In this document: in pieces, positions 7,886 through 17,276 of the stretch | Layout: every line of letters starts with the position of its first letter | How positions within the stretch are numbered: the first letter of the stretch is position 1 | The notes under the pieces: generated by a model | What the model saw: the letters and a program-made list of their open reading frames with translations, nothing else | Database searches by the model: none | Told to the model about the DNA's origin: nothing | Position numbers and translations under genes: made by a program | Assembly: GCA_965219535.1 (NCBI GenBank) | Contig: CBDCNV010000001.1 | Coordinates: forward strand, 1,290,001 to 1,322,000 | DNA: 32,000 nucleotides | Direction of reading: 5' to 3' | DNA from: Opitutales bacterium | GTDB taxonomy: Bacteria > Verrucomicrobiota > Verrucomicrobiia > Opitutales > PNEW01

Positions 7886-8740
7886 TTAAGTGGATCGGTT
7901 TTTTTCAGTGCGGTTTTTAACAATGTCATCGATCGACTTTAATTGTACCAGCAAGTGTTCAATTTCGTCCAGCGCAAGCATATTGGGGCCGTCTGATAAG
8001 GCATGCTTTGGGTCAGAATGAACTTCTATAAAGACACCGTCGCATCCGGCGGCTACGCCACAGCGCGCCAACAAAGGAATAAACTCGCTGTTACCGCCAG
8101 AAGCATGACCTAAGCCTCCGGGTTGCTGCACGCTGTGTGAGGCATCAAAGATTACCGGACATCCCAGGTGCTGCATTATACTTAATGACCGGAAATCCGT
8201 AACCAGGTTGTTATAACCAAAACTCACCCCTCGTTCCGTTAATAAAATTTTTTCATTCCCTGCATATTCTACTTTGCGGACTGCCTGCTTCATATCTGCC
8301 GGAGCCATGAATTGACCTTTTTTAATATTGATTGCTTTTTTCGATTTCCCAGCCGCAAGAAGCAAATCCGTTTGCCGGCAAAGAAAAGCTGGGATCTGTA
8401 AGACATCTAAAACGGCCGCCGCATCATCAATCTCTTCAACACCATGCACGTCGCTCAAAACCGGAATGTTCAATTTCGATTTAATATCTTGAAGGATAGT
8501 AAGTCCCTTTTTCAGCCCTGGACCGCGAAAGGAATCCACGGAGGAGCGGTTGGCTTTGTCATAACTTGCTTTAAATATAAATGGAATGTCCAGTTTCGTG
8601 GTAATGTCCTTTAGAACGGTGGCAATGTGTTCGGCCTTCTGCTTACTCTCAATCACACAAGGCCCGGCAATCAAAACAAAGGGATGTCCACCCCCCAGTC
8701 TAATTTTATCAATGATTATCGCTTTGCCCACAGTGTTCAT
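7886..8740 (-). CDS. kdsA: 3-deoxy-8-phosphooctulonate (KDO8P) synthase
   Basis: FVLIAGPCVIES, FKASYDKANRSS and VIFDASHSVQ are canonical KdsA motifs. Confidence 0.95.
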   Translation of the reverse strand: MNTVGKAIIIDKIRLGGGHPFVLIAGPCVIESKQKAEHIATVLKDITTKLDIPFIFKASYDKANRSSVDSFRGPGLKKGLTILQDIKSKLNIPVLSDVHGVEEIDDAAAVLDVLQIPAFLCRQTDLLLAAGKSKKAINIKKGQFMAPADMKQAVRKVEYAGNEKILLTERGVSFGYNNLVTDFRSLSIMQHLGCPVIFDASHSVQQPGGLGHASGGNSEFIPLLARCGVAAGCDGVFIEVHSDPKHALSDGPNMLALDEIEHLLVQLKSIDDIVKNRTEKNRST

Positions 8741-8856
8741 AGCATTTCCAAATCCTACAATGTATCCATACTTGGAAAATTCAGTAAATAAAGGGAAGGG
8801 TGCAGACGAAGATTATCGTGTCCAAGACAAATCGTAATTCTATTTACGCGGGATCA

Positions 8857-9738
8857 CTATCCCTTCAAAGTCGCGTCGAAGAGGGGGCGTTCGAGATCTG
8901 TTTGCCTTTGGTAGATGGAGCCGACACCTATATCGCGCGGTACGGACAGGCGGACGGGAACAGCTGTCACTCTTGGTTGGTTCGTTTGCTCTCCGCGTAA
9001 TATTCCTTTACCAAAACGCTCCCACTGTTCATCGATCGTATTAGTTGTGTAGATAAGAGGCCAGGCATCGAGGGCGCAATATTGAAACAATAACAAGCGG
9101 CGTGACATCTTAGAAGTGTTCGCGGCCGATCCATGTAAAAGACGGACATGATGGATGCTGATACCACCCGCTTTTAATTCTACGGGAACAGCCCCTTCAG
9201 CAGTAAAATCTGGTTCAGTCACGGCGCCAATGAAATAACCATTCTGTTGGTGGTCATAGATACGTCCCTTATGAGATCCTGGGATAAACATGAGACAGCC
9301 ATTATCGAGGGTCATGTCATCAATAGCGATGCCCACCGCCAGTAAATCATCATTGGTATGAGGATAAAATGCCCAGTCTTGGTGCCATTGCACGGGACTT
9401 CCCTGTTCGGGCAATTTAAAATTCAATTTATCGCCGTTTTGTCGTACCCCCGGTCCGATCAATTGTTCTACGCGATCGAGTATACCTTTGTGGCGTAGCA
9501 TCGCATCGTAAACCGGGTGCTGGTTTATCGGATTAGATATACGACGCAGACGTGGTGTCTCCGCGGAATGATCGGGCCCCAAATCATAAATCGAATCCGT
9601 CTCCGTCAATGACCGTGACTTTTCGATAAACTCATCAGTTACTCGACGGAGATCACTGAGTTCATCATCGGATAATACTCCTTCGATCGCGAGATAACCG
9701 TCGGAGTTATATTTTTCAATTTGAGTTTCTGAAAGCAT
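8857..9738 (-). CDS. phytanoyl-CoA dioxygenase (PhyH) family Fe(II)/2OG oxygenase, paralog 1
   Basis: YNSDGYLAIEGVLS at the N-terminus, the HxD triad element WHQDWAF and the distal His in IHHVRLLHGS. It ends in TAG. Confidence 0.8.
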   Translation of the reverse strand: MLSETQIEKYNSDGYLAIEGVLSDDELSDLRRVTDEFIEKSRSLTETDSIYDLGPDHSAETPRLRRISNPINQHPVYDAMLRHKGILDRVEQLIGPGVRQNGDKLNFKLPEQGSPVQWHQDWAFYPHTNDDLLAVGIAIDDMTLDNGCLMFIPGSHKGRIYDHQQNGYFIGAVTEPDFTAEGAVPVELKAGGISIHHVRLLHGSAANTSKMSRRLLLFQYCALDAWPLIYTTNTIDEQWERFGKGILRGEQTNQPRVTAVPVRLSVPRDIGVGSIYQRQTDLERPLFDATLKG

Positions 9739-10233
9739 TATAAAGTAATTCGTTTAAATATAACCCTGTCAAACGTGGCGTACTACATACATTAGCCACT
9801 ACCGAGTCTCGTGACTATGAGACAACATCTTCCAAAAGCACAAAATCCACAAGACAGAATTAATATTATATTCATTTAAAATTCGAATTTTTGTGTTTTG
9901 TATAGAAATCGGTTTCTGAAGAAATACTAAATATTCACTTCTCGCTATCCTTTTCCATTCTCTTGAAGAGTATCCCTACGAAATCAATGATATTATTAAT
10001 TTATTAAAGTGTTTTATAAATAATGATTTCGATTTTGATTATAATACAACAAATCAATTCCTGACAAAATTCATTCCATCTTATGTGCCTTCTGTGGCTA
10101 TACTATATAATTTTACAATACACTTCCATATCGCGTCAACGTCATGTGAAACCACCATTGTCGTCATTTCATAGACATTGGGAAAACCGTACAATCCCTA
10201 GTTAAATAAATATAGAATCATCACAATGATGAT

Positions 10234-11085
10234 TTATACCCTCGTAAACTTTTGCAGACGATCGTGTAATTTAGGCACTTCGCTTACATAGATATCACCA
10301 TGCGCGTCGACGCAGAGACAGTGGGGAAATTCAGTAAACTGACCGGGTTCAGTACCTGCTTCACCCCAGCGGGCAAGCAGTTCTCCATCTAAATTGAAAA
10401 GGCTGATCCGGTGCGGAGCTTCTGATACATAGACGATGTCATTGCGGTCAATGAATATGAAATTGGGCCTCAGAATATCTGTCCACTCTTCAATAAATTT
10501 TCCCTCGAAATCGAATAGTTGAATACGATTGTTCTCACGATCGGTAACGAGTACGCGGTTACGGTTGTCTACCCAGAGGCCATGAGGCAAAACAAACTGA
10601 CCGGGTCCTGTCCCTTCCTCTCCCCAGGAGAGGAGCAGTTCACCTTCGGGTGAGAATCGATGTACGCGGTGCTGACCATATCCATCTGAGACGAAAAGGT
10701 CCCCTGATGAAGCGACCATCGCGCTCGTCGGGCGATTAAACGGCATACCCGGTGAACCTGTCTGATTGGGTGTTCCCAGGGTTTGAATTACCTCCCCATC
10801 AGTTCTAAATTTCCGTATCGTGTGATCATCAGTATCTCCACAGTAGATGTGGTCGTTTTCATCAATCCAAAGACTGTGAGGGTTGGAAAGTACATCCTCA
10901 CCCCATGATGTCAGAAATTTTCCTTCGCGGTTATAGGCGAGAATAGCCGGAGTATGGCGGCGCGCTAAATATACTCGATCCTGTGAATCGGTGGCTGCAT
11001 CCGTAATGACACCACCGAACTCCTTTCCCTCGGGTCCCAGACCCCAACCTTTGACAACGCGATATTTGTATGTATCAGTACTCAT
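10234..11085 (-). CDS. NHL-repeat six-bladed beta-propeller protein (PAL-like)
   Basis: Blades repeat with the pattern (D/N)xxxxx(Y/L)V(S/T)D...NRIQ/HRV..F...G, for example NRVLVTDRENNRIQLFDFEGKF. Confidence 0.8.
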   Translation of the reverse strand: MSTDTYKYRVVKGWGLGPEGKEFGGVITDAATDSQDRVYLARRHTPAILAYNREGKFLTSWGEDVLSNPHSLWIDENDHIYCGDTDDHTIRKFRTDGEVIQTLGTPNQTGSPGMPFNRPTSAMVASSGDLFVSDGYGQHRVHRFSPEGELLLSWGEEGTGPGQFVLPHGLWVDNRNRVLVTDRENNRIQLFDFEGKFIEEWTDILRPNFIFIDRNDIVYVSEAPHRISLFNLDGELLARWGEAGTEPGQFTEFPHCLCVDAHGDIYVSEVPKLHDRLQKFTRV

Positions 11086-11258
11086 CGATTTTCAAAATCT
11101 AATAATGTGATTAGCAAACCTCATTTACAACAGAATACATAAATAAATATCAACACATTGCAGTTTGGTTGCAGTCAATCATTAATCTGCTCTCCATTCT
11201 CCATCATAGCCAGTATAGCCCTCAGTATAGCCCTTCAAATGTTCCGGCATTTCAGCAA

Positions 11259-12035
11259 TCATTTTTTGAGCTGATGAAGGTGTAATGGCCATGCATCAAT
11301 TTTAATCGACTTCGGACGAAACATGAAAGCGCAGGAATAGCGTCGTTCATGTGTTGCCATATTAGTATGATAGGTTCGGTCGGCAAAGCAAATGAGATCA
11401 CCCGGATCCGCGATGACCGGGACACAGCCGGGAACATCGATGCTTTTATAATTAGCGTCATCGGCTTCTCCGATGGGATGAAAGCTGTTGCGGTTGGGAG
11501 TAAGTTCAAATCCTTCAGGGCCTTCCCAGTCGGGAGCGTGTGAATTTTCAATCACCGCGATCCCACTGGAATCGGGGTGGCTGCCATTAAGGTAAAACCA
11601 GTCACCGCTTGGTAATCCATGGCAGTTAAGGAAATCACTGGCTTCCTTGGGTGTTTTTCTGTCAGCGCGAGTATCCGTATGCCACCTGCCGAAAGGTTCA
11701 CCTGCCGTTCTCAATATAGTGGCTGAACGATGGAGACACAAGTCCTTTGACCCGAGTGCTTGATGCATAAAGTTCATATAGGGGGCGTTTTCTACCAGTT
11801 TCCATAGGGGTTTACTGACTTCGGCAAACGCTAAATGATTGCGGTTGGAATTCTCGGGCATATCTCGCTTCGGATCTAGAGTTTCGTCAATCGAATCCTT
11901 TAACGCTTCGACCATCCCCTGGTCAATCATGCCTCGGATGACACTATAACCGTAAGTGTTCATACAGGTGAGTGCATCCGGGATATTATCCCGTTCAAAA
12001 TAAATATTATAACGCGGTTGATGATTATCCGTCAT
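11259..12035 (-). CDS. PhyH-like Fe(II)/2OG oxygenase, paralog 2 (divergent)
   Basis: YGYSVIRGMIDQGMVEALK at the N-terminus, WHTD (HxD) and a distal His in RTYHTN. Confidence 0.65.
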   Translation of the reverse strand: MTDNHQPRYNIYFERDNIPDALTCMNTYGYSVIRGMIDQGMVEALKDSIDETLDPKRDMPENSNRNHLAFAEVSKPLWKLVENAPYMNFMHQALGSKDLCLHRSATILRTAGEPFGRWHTDTRADRKTPKEASDFLNCHGLPSGDWFYLNGSHPDSSGIAVIENSHAPDWEGPEGFELTPNRNSFHPIGEADDANYKSIDVPGCVPVIADPGDLICFADRTYHTNMATHERRYSCAFMFRPKSIKIDAWPLHLHQLKK

Positions 12036-12087
12036 TGATCTGTAAGTTATCCCTTATGCTAATATCATAAAGCTTTTCCTTCGGATT

Positions 12088-14118
12088 TTACTCAAAAAAG
12101 AATTGTTCGGGTCGAGCAATCCCCGGGTTTTGCAAGGCTGCGCTGTTCGGAGCGACGTCGGGGACATTGCGGAAATTATTCTTAATTACCGTAACACCAT
12201 TCATAGCCGGAGACATCCCTACCGTACCTATGACATAGAGATTATCCACATGGATTCTCCATAATTCTTTTCCTAGTTCTTTCCGCTTCGCTTTAGGTAA
12301 GCGGTTGCCTTCCTCAAATATTTCCACCAGTCGAAGGAGATTCCCGGTAGGCGCTACACCCTTTTGCCCATTAGTTACTTTCCAGCGACTGACGAGTGGC
12401 GCGAAGGAACTGCGACTTGGTATGGTCATATTGGGGTAAGTCCACGGGTTTTCAGAACCGCCGGTAACCCACATGCTAAGTTGGTTTTCGTTGTTTCCTT
12501 GGCGTATGTTAAAATAACTTCTCTCTTCAACACGTATATGTAGTTTTATGCCAACATTCTTCCAGTGATTCACCAGAAGTTCAGCTATCCCTTCAAAATT
12601 CACCATCGCTTGGCTCATCAGGGAAAGAGAAATAATCAGACGCCCCTTACCGTCGGTGCGCAGGCGATATCCCATGCTGTCTTTTTTGTCTAAACCAAGA
12701 GTGTCAAGTATCGCGTTGGATTGTTCCAGGTTGCGCACCGCATATTTTTTTTCGTACTCCGGTCCCGGATAATACGGGTTATTCGGCACCGCCACGAATG
12801 CCCTTGGCTTTCCAATACCGAGAAATATCGATTCGTTTATTTCCTCTCGATCGATGGCAAGCGAGAGAGCGATCCGGAAATCACGGGTTCTAAGCCATTG
12901 TTCTATTTCCGGGTCTCCCTGCCAGGTTTGATTAATATAGATGATGGCTTCAGAGCCGCCTAAATTAGGCCAGAAGCGCACGCGGTAATTCCCTTGCTCT
13001 GCATCCCGCTTGAGAACCGGAACCTTATCTAAGAGGATGTGACGTTGCTGCATGTCAATCTCACCAGCAATGGCACGAGCATTGAAAACCTCAATGCTCT
13101 CAACGAGGTGACTTGCAATTTTGTCGATATAAGGAAGCTGTTTCCCCATGGGATCGACGGCAAAGTAGTAGGGGTTGCGTTCCAAAGTGTAAATCTCACT
13201 CGTTATCGGAGTAACCATTTTCCAGGGACCGACAACCGGGAGCTCGGAATTCTCGTGGGGCGAAGCCATGCGTTTAAAGAGCTGCACCCAACTTTTATCA
13301 CTGTTGATCTTCATCCTTTCTTCCAGATCACTTAAGGGGGTGTACTTCGGGAGAAACTGCTTTAAATAATGCCGGGGTGCATACATACAATTTAACCCCA
13401 GATTAGCAAATTGGCCGGCAATACCCAATCCACCAACACTTTCGATGAAGACATAGTTTGGTTTATGAAAGGTATAGCGAACCGTGGTCTCATCTATCTT
13501 ATCCACTTTGCACGGCTGCCCATCCGTTTTAAAGTAAGCTTTTGTCACCGGGTTGATCTTATCATTCAATATCAAGTCATTATAGGAAAAGACAAAGTCA
13601 TCGGCTGTGAACGGTGCGCCATCAGACCACTTCATCCCTTTGCGCAGATGGAAAGTAAATGTCGTCCCGTCTTCACTGATATCCCATCCTTTCGCGATAT
13701 GGGACATCAGTGTATAGCCATCGAAGTCATAGTAAATCAGGTGGTCATGCATTATCCGGTCGAAGTTGTTACGATCGGCGCGACCCGAGAATCCGCGTCG
13801 CCAGGTGCCCCCGTATTGGCCGATGCGTTCAATGGGTGGGATAATCAACGGTTCATCCGGCAAGCGATCTTCTACCGGGGGCAGCTTCCCTTCACTGACA
13901 AGCTTCGCCAGTTCCGGCGCTTCACTGTATGTTGAAGGAGGGGGACCGGTATATTGAAAACTAAACCCTTCCGTGTTGACTGCGGCCTGTTGAGTTGTGT
14001 TCGCTCTATCTATTGACGTTGTGTCACCGTTTCTGCTGCAACTAAGCGATGCAGTTATGAGTGCGACTATTAAGAAAATGATTTGCATTCGGTAACTGCT
14101 GTTACTGCTTTTGTTCAT
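12088..14118 (-). CDS. ABC-transporter family-5 solute-binding protein (peptide/oligosaccharide type), probable lipoprotein
   Basis: WSDGAPFTADDFVFSYN and the overall length fit SBP_bac_5. I prefer the start at the ATG 14118 (MNKSSNSSYRMQIIFLIVALITASLSC, a signal with Cys). The track's 26-codon upstream extension is translation of the GAC/GAA repeat. No permease or ATPase genes lie nearby. Confidence 0.8.
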   Translation of the reverse strand: MNKSSNSSYRMQIIFLIVALITASLSCSRNGDTTSIDRANTTQQAAVNTEGFSFQYTGPPPSTYSEAPELAKLVSEGKLPPVEDRLPDEPLIIPPIERIGQYGGTWRRGFSGRADRNNFDRIMHDHLIYYDFDGYTLMSHIAKGWDISEDGTTFTFHLRKGMKWSDGAPFTADDFVFSYNDLILNDKINPVTKAYFKTDGQPCKVDKIDETTVRYTFHKPNYVFIESVGGLGIAGQFANLGLNCMYAPRHYLKQFLPKYTPLSDLEERMKINSDKSWVQLFKRMASPHENSELPVVGPWKMVTPITSEIYTLERNPYYFAVDPMGKQLPYIDKIASHLVESIEVFNARAIAGEIDMQQRHILLDKVPVLKRDAEQGNYRVRFWPNLGGSEAIIYINQTWQGDPEIEQWLRTRDFRIALSLAIDREEINESIFLGIGKPRAFVAVPNNPYYPGPEYEKKYAVRNLEQSNAILDTLGLDKKDSMGYRLRTDGKGRLIISLSLMSQAMVNFEGIAELLVNHWKNVGIKLHIRVEERSYFNIRQGNNENQLSMWVTGGSENPWTYPNMTIPSRSSFAPLVSRWKVTNGQKGVAPTGNLLRLVEIFEEGNRLPKAKRKELGKELWRIHVDNLYVIGTVGMSPAMNGVTVIKNNFRNVPDVAPNSAALQNPGIARPEQFFFE

Positions 14119-14158
14119 ATCGTCAATTTTAGTTATCAATATGAAAAGGATGAAGCAA

Positions 14159-14455
14159 TAATCTTCGTCATTGTCTGCGTCAGATTTCCTACGCACATCA
14201 AACGTCGTATATCGGAAATCGTATATCTTTCTTAAAAATGTTCAAAGGGGATTGATATCCGACGTTTGATATCCGAGGTTTGAGGTTCGAGGCGACGGCT
14301 GATCCCCAGCACGCTACTTCAGTCACAACTTAACCAAACGCGGTAGGGACACCGCGTTCCACCTTGATAAGGTCGTAAATAATTATGGACGAAGACAAAG
14401 AGGCAGACCCGTCTTCGCAGTAGTCTACGACGTGGCAAGCGAAGACGAAGCTTGA
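14159..14455. repeat. intergenic repeat locus A (modules Y-left arm, X-partial inverted, Y)
   Basis: - Left arm: cttcgtcattgtctgcgtc (14163-14181).
- Module X, partial: ggcgacggctgatccccagcacgctacttcagtcac (14291-14326), matching the reverse complement of 16215-16250 at 32/36 by hand.
- Module Y: gacgaagacaaagaggcagac (14388-14408), matching 16151-16171 at 18/21.
- Shared 13-mer: gaagacgaagctt (14441-14453), identical to 16172-16184. Confidence 0.7.
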
Positions 14456-14531
14456 TAATATAACCCGTACTCATTCACTACTCTTCCCTGAACCCTGTAC
14501 CGAGGGCGTAGCCCGACATCTTCCACCCTGT

Positions 14532-15980
14532 CTATGCCATCTCAGTAAGCTTCCGCCAATAAGCCGGACCGCGTAATGATTCCCCGTGCAGTGGGGCCTC
14601 GGTGCTAATAAGTCGGTCGAGTAGCAGTCCGTTCAGGCGCATTCGCTGCTCCCGATAGTCGGGATTAGAGTAGAGATTGTGTATCTCATCGGGGTCCTGA
14701 TCGAGCGCGTAAAGTTCACCGTAATCTTGACCGGGGTAATGAATGAGTTTCCAGTGTTGCTCCCGTAGCATCTTCACCGCACCAATTTCTGAAAAAATGG
14801 TCGATCGCTTTTGGGAGGGTTCACCGCGCAAATCTGAATTCAAACTGCGCCCCTGTAACGTGGAGGGCGCATCAATGCCCAATTCTTTGACGATCGTCGG
14901 AAAGATATCTATCAGTTCGATGGGGTCTTCAACAACGTGGTTGCGACTCGCTTGCGGTGACGGGGACTTCATAATCAACGGAACACGCAATGAGACATCA
15001 TAAAGCATCGGGTATTCGTCTTTAGGTTTTTGCAGCATACCGTGATGGCCGAGTAATTCCCCGTGATCAGACACAAAAACGATAAGTGTATCTTCCTGTA
15101 ATCCGCCCTGTGTCAGTGCATTCATGATCTTACCGACTTGATCATCTATCATCGTAATCGAGGCATAGTAATAGGCGATGACGCGTTGTAAGCTCTCCTT
15201 GTCTAAATTTTCATAATTACTCGTTCGCCCTTCGCTCTTATACTTTGCCTGATGCGGTGGCTTTTCAGACAAGTCACTATGAAAGGATGCCGGTAGCGGT
15301 ATCTCTGAGGGGTTGTAGAGTGAGGCGTAGGGTTCTGGAGGTTCAAACGGATTATGGGGATTGGGGAAACCGACGAAGAGGAAAAAGGGTGTTTTGGACG
15401 AACGGTTAGCAAGATAGTGAACCGCTTGATCTGCCGCCCATACATCAAAATAAGCTTCGGCTGGGATGCAATTTACGGTGCATTGAAAGGAATCGAGATA
15501 TTCCTTGGTCGCATGGTGTGCGTAAGAGCGAAGGAAGTGATCCCAATAACCGTTCTCTTTTATCCACTTTTTATAATGCGGGTGGATTACCTCGGGGTCG
15601 GTTGCGGCGGAGTTCTGACCCTCGCACAGCATCTGTTCAGCGAAAGAGGCATTTGTCTTGTCTTCAAACAAGTGTACTTTTCCCACAGCACAGGTATCCC
15701 ATCCCACTGATCTTAAAAATTCGGGGAGCGTCACTTCATGTTCATGCATCGCGCAATGGTTGGAAATCGCTCCATTGGCGTGAGGATAGCGCCCGGTAAG
15801 AATTGAAGAGCGGCTGGGGACACACTGTGGATGTTGCGCCAATGCAGCGTCGAACCGTGTTCCCTCGGCCGCTAGTTTATTCAGGTTTGGCGTCTGGACG
15901 ATGGCGTTACCATAACAGCCGACACTGTCAGCCCGCAACTGATCAGCCAGCATGAATATAACATTTCGGGATTTTGCCAT
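14532..15980 (-). CDS. formylglycine-dependent sulfatase (arylsulfatase family), no signal peptide
   Basis: NVIFMLADQLRAD, the CxPxR signature QCVPSRSSILTGRYP and SDHGE. The N-terminus lacks a hydrophobic leader. It ends in TAG. Confidence 0.9.
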   Translation of the reverse strand: MAKSRNVIFMLADQLRADSVGCYGNAIVQTPNLNKLAAEGTRFDAALAQHPQCVPSRSSILTGRYPHANGAISNHCAMHEHEVTLPEFLRSVGWDTCAVGKVHLFEDKTNASFAEQMLCEGQNSAATDPEVIHPHYKKWIKENGYWDHFLRSYAHHATKEYLDSFQCTVNCIPAEAYFDVWAADQAVHYLANRSSKTPFFLFVGFPNPHNPFEPPEPYASLYNPSEIPLPASFHSDLSEKPPHQAKYKSEGRTSNYENLDKESLQRVIAYYYASITMIDDQVGKIMNALTQGGLQEDTLIVFVSDHGELLGHHGMLQKPKDEYPMLYDVSLRVPLIMKSPSPQASRNHVVEDPIELIDIFPTIVKELGIDAPSTLQGRSLNSDLRGEPSQKRSTIFSEIGAVKMLREQHWKLIHYPGQDYGELYALDQDPDEIHNLYSNPDYREQRMRLNGLLLDRLISTEAPLHGESLRGPAYWRKLTEMA

Positions 15981-16027
15981 TCGATTTTAATTATCCCAAA
16001 AGTGAGATATAGACATGCCTACATACT

Positions 16028-16293
16028 AATCTTCGTCTTCGTCCCCGTCTTCGTCTTCGTCAATGGTATATATATTCGGACTATTGAAACTGTAATATTA
16101 TATAAATAATTTAATCGATCACAGAAACAGGAAATTATGAGCTAAGATAAGACAAAGACGATGAGGCAGACGAAGACGAAGCTTTTATTTGAGATAGGCG
16201 CGTTTGAATATGTCGTAAATGAAGAAGCGTGCTAGGGATCAGCCGTCGCCAAGGCTATGTCGGGCAGGCAGCCCGCTCCACCATTTGTTGTAA
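16028..16293. repeat. intergenic repeat locus B (31-bp inverted repeat with AT-rich loop, then module X with mini-ORF)
   Basis: The inverted repeat is cttcgtcttcgtccccgtcttcgtcttcgtc (16031-16061) against gacaaagacgatgaggcagacgaagacgaag (16151-16181), 26/31 complementary by hand, with an 89-nt AT-rich spacer. Module X at 16207-16274 matches the reverse complement of 17437-17504 at about 60/68. The mini-ORF at 16219-16293 encodes MKKRARDQPSPRLCRAGSPLHHLL. Confidence 0.75.
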
Positions 16294-16347
16294 GATTAAT
16301 AACTCTTACCTCATACACGCATTTCCGCTTATCCGCATTAGCACACA

Positions 16348-17100
16348 TCACTTCGCATTCTCAGCGAGACGTAGGTATTCAGCGGCTCCCGAAGCGATCC
16401 AGGATCCCATCGGGGAATATAAAAAACGAACCCCAGCTGAAATAAACTCCGCAACGTTTTCATTGTTCCCAATCGTTCCAGCTACACACCCGGCATCATT
16501 GATGCGCGCAATGGCATCGAACATTATCTTTTTAACTTTCGGATTATTAAAGTCACCTATATGTCCCATCGATGCCGCCAAATCTGAAGGGGCCACAAAG
16601 AAGACATCGATGTTATCTACAGTCAGAATCTCATCGAGGTTATTGATGGCGATAATATCTTCAATCAGGATGACGAGGACCGTCTCATCATTAGCCACCT
16701 TGAAATAATCCTGGACGCCTAAACCCTGACGGCTCAGAAACATGCCGCGTTGGCCAATGGGTGCAAATTTACCGCCAGCAACCACGTTTTGTGCTTCTTC
16801 CTTGGTATTGACATGGGGGATAACGATACCCTGGGCGCCGCGGTCGAGTGTGCGATAGATCATGCCCTGGTCGTTCATGTTAATACGAACGAGAGAGGTC
16901 ATACCTATTATGTCACACGCACGCGTAAGGTTTCCTACCTCCGCCGCGTCTACCGGTCCGTGCTCTCCTTCCAGCCATATACCATCGAATTCGGTCGGGC
17001 TGAAGACTTCGATGTCGTCAGGATGAGTAAATCCCGAGATTACTTTGGCGATTCCACCCTCAGCGAGCGTGTGCTTAATTTTATTTGGTCTAATTTTCAT
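16348..17100 (-). CDS. HpcH/HpaI family 2-keto-3-deoxy-acid aldolase
   Basis: DGIWLEGEHGP, LVRINMND, GAQGIVIPHVNTKEEA and APSDLAA are typical HpcH_HpaI motifs. AGGAGA lies 6 nt upstream of the ATG. Confidence 0.85.
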   Translation of the reverse strand: MKIRPNKIKHTLAEGGIAKVISGFTHPDDIEVFSPTEFDGIWLEGEHGPVDAAEVGNLTRACDIIGMTSLVRINMNDQGMIYRTLDRGAQGIVIPHVNTKEEAQNVVAGGKFAPIGQRGMFLSRQGLGVQDYFKVANDETVLVILIEDIIAINNLDEILTVDNIDVFFVAPSDLAASMGHIGDFNNPKVKKIMFDAIARINDAGCVAGTIGNNENVAEFISAGVRFLYSPMGSWIASGAAEYLRLAENAK

Positions 17101-17276
17101 ATTATTTCTCCTGGTTTGTTGTCTTCTCGTTTACTCCAACGCATCGCTGGATGATAGTTTCTTAATCAGTGCGTATAGTTTTGTTTTATAGAGGTCAATA
17201 AATTGTATCAGTTCTTTCTTCCAAGGGGTAGTGGCAGATTTGATGAAATCGGGAGCTGCAGATGGATTAGCTAATT

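Noticed and set aside
9739-10233. The AT-rich gap as a replication origin.
   Set aside because: I saw only one near-match to a DnaA box (aaatccaca, about 9851-9859). There is no cluster of boxes and no dnaA/dnaN context.
11211-11234. A tandem 12-mer, cagtatagccct x2.
   Set aside because: With only two copies in a short spacer, this is trivial slippage-type duplication, with no array or phasing.
14119-14196. The 26-codon N-terminal extension of the SBP ORF (MRRKSDADNDEDYCF...).
   Set aside because: It is translation of the GAC/GAA repeat arm. The downstream ATG at 14118 gives a proper signal peptide with Cys.
16229-16708. A 159-aa plus-strand ORF (and 16257-16445).
   Set aside because: It begins in repeat module X and then runs antisense through the 3' half of the HpcH aldolase gene. 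The aldolase has strong motif support and this ORF has none.
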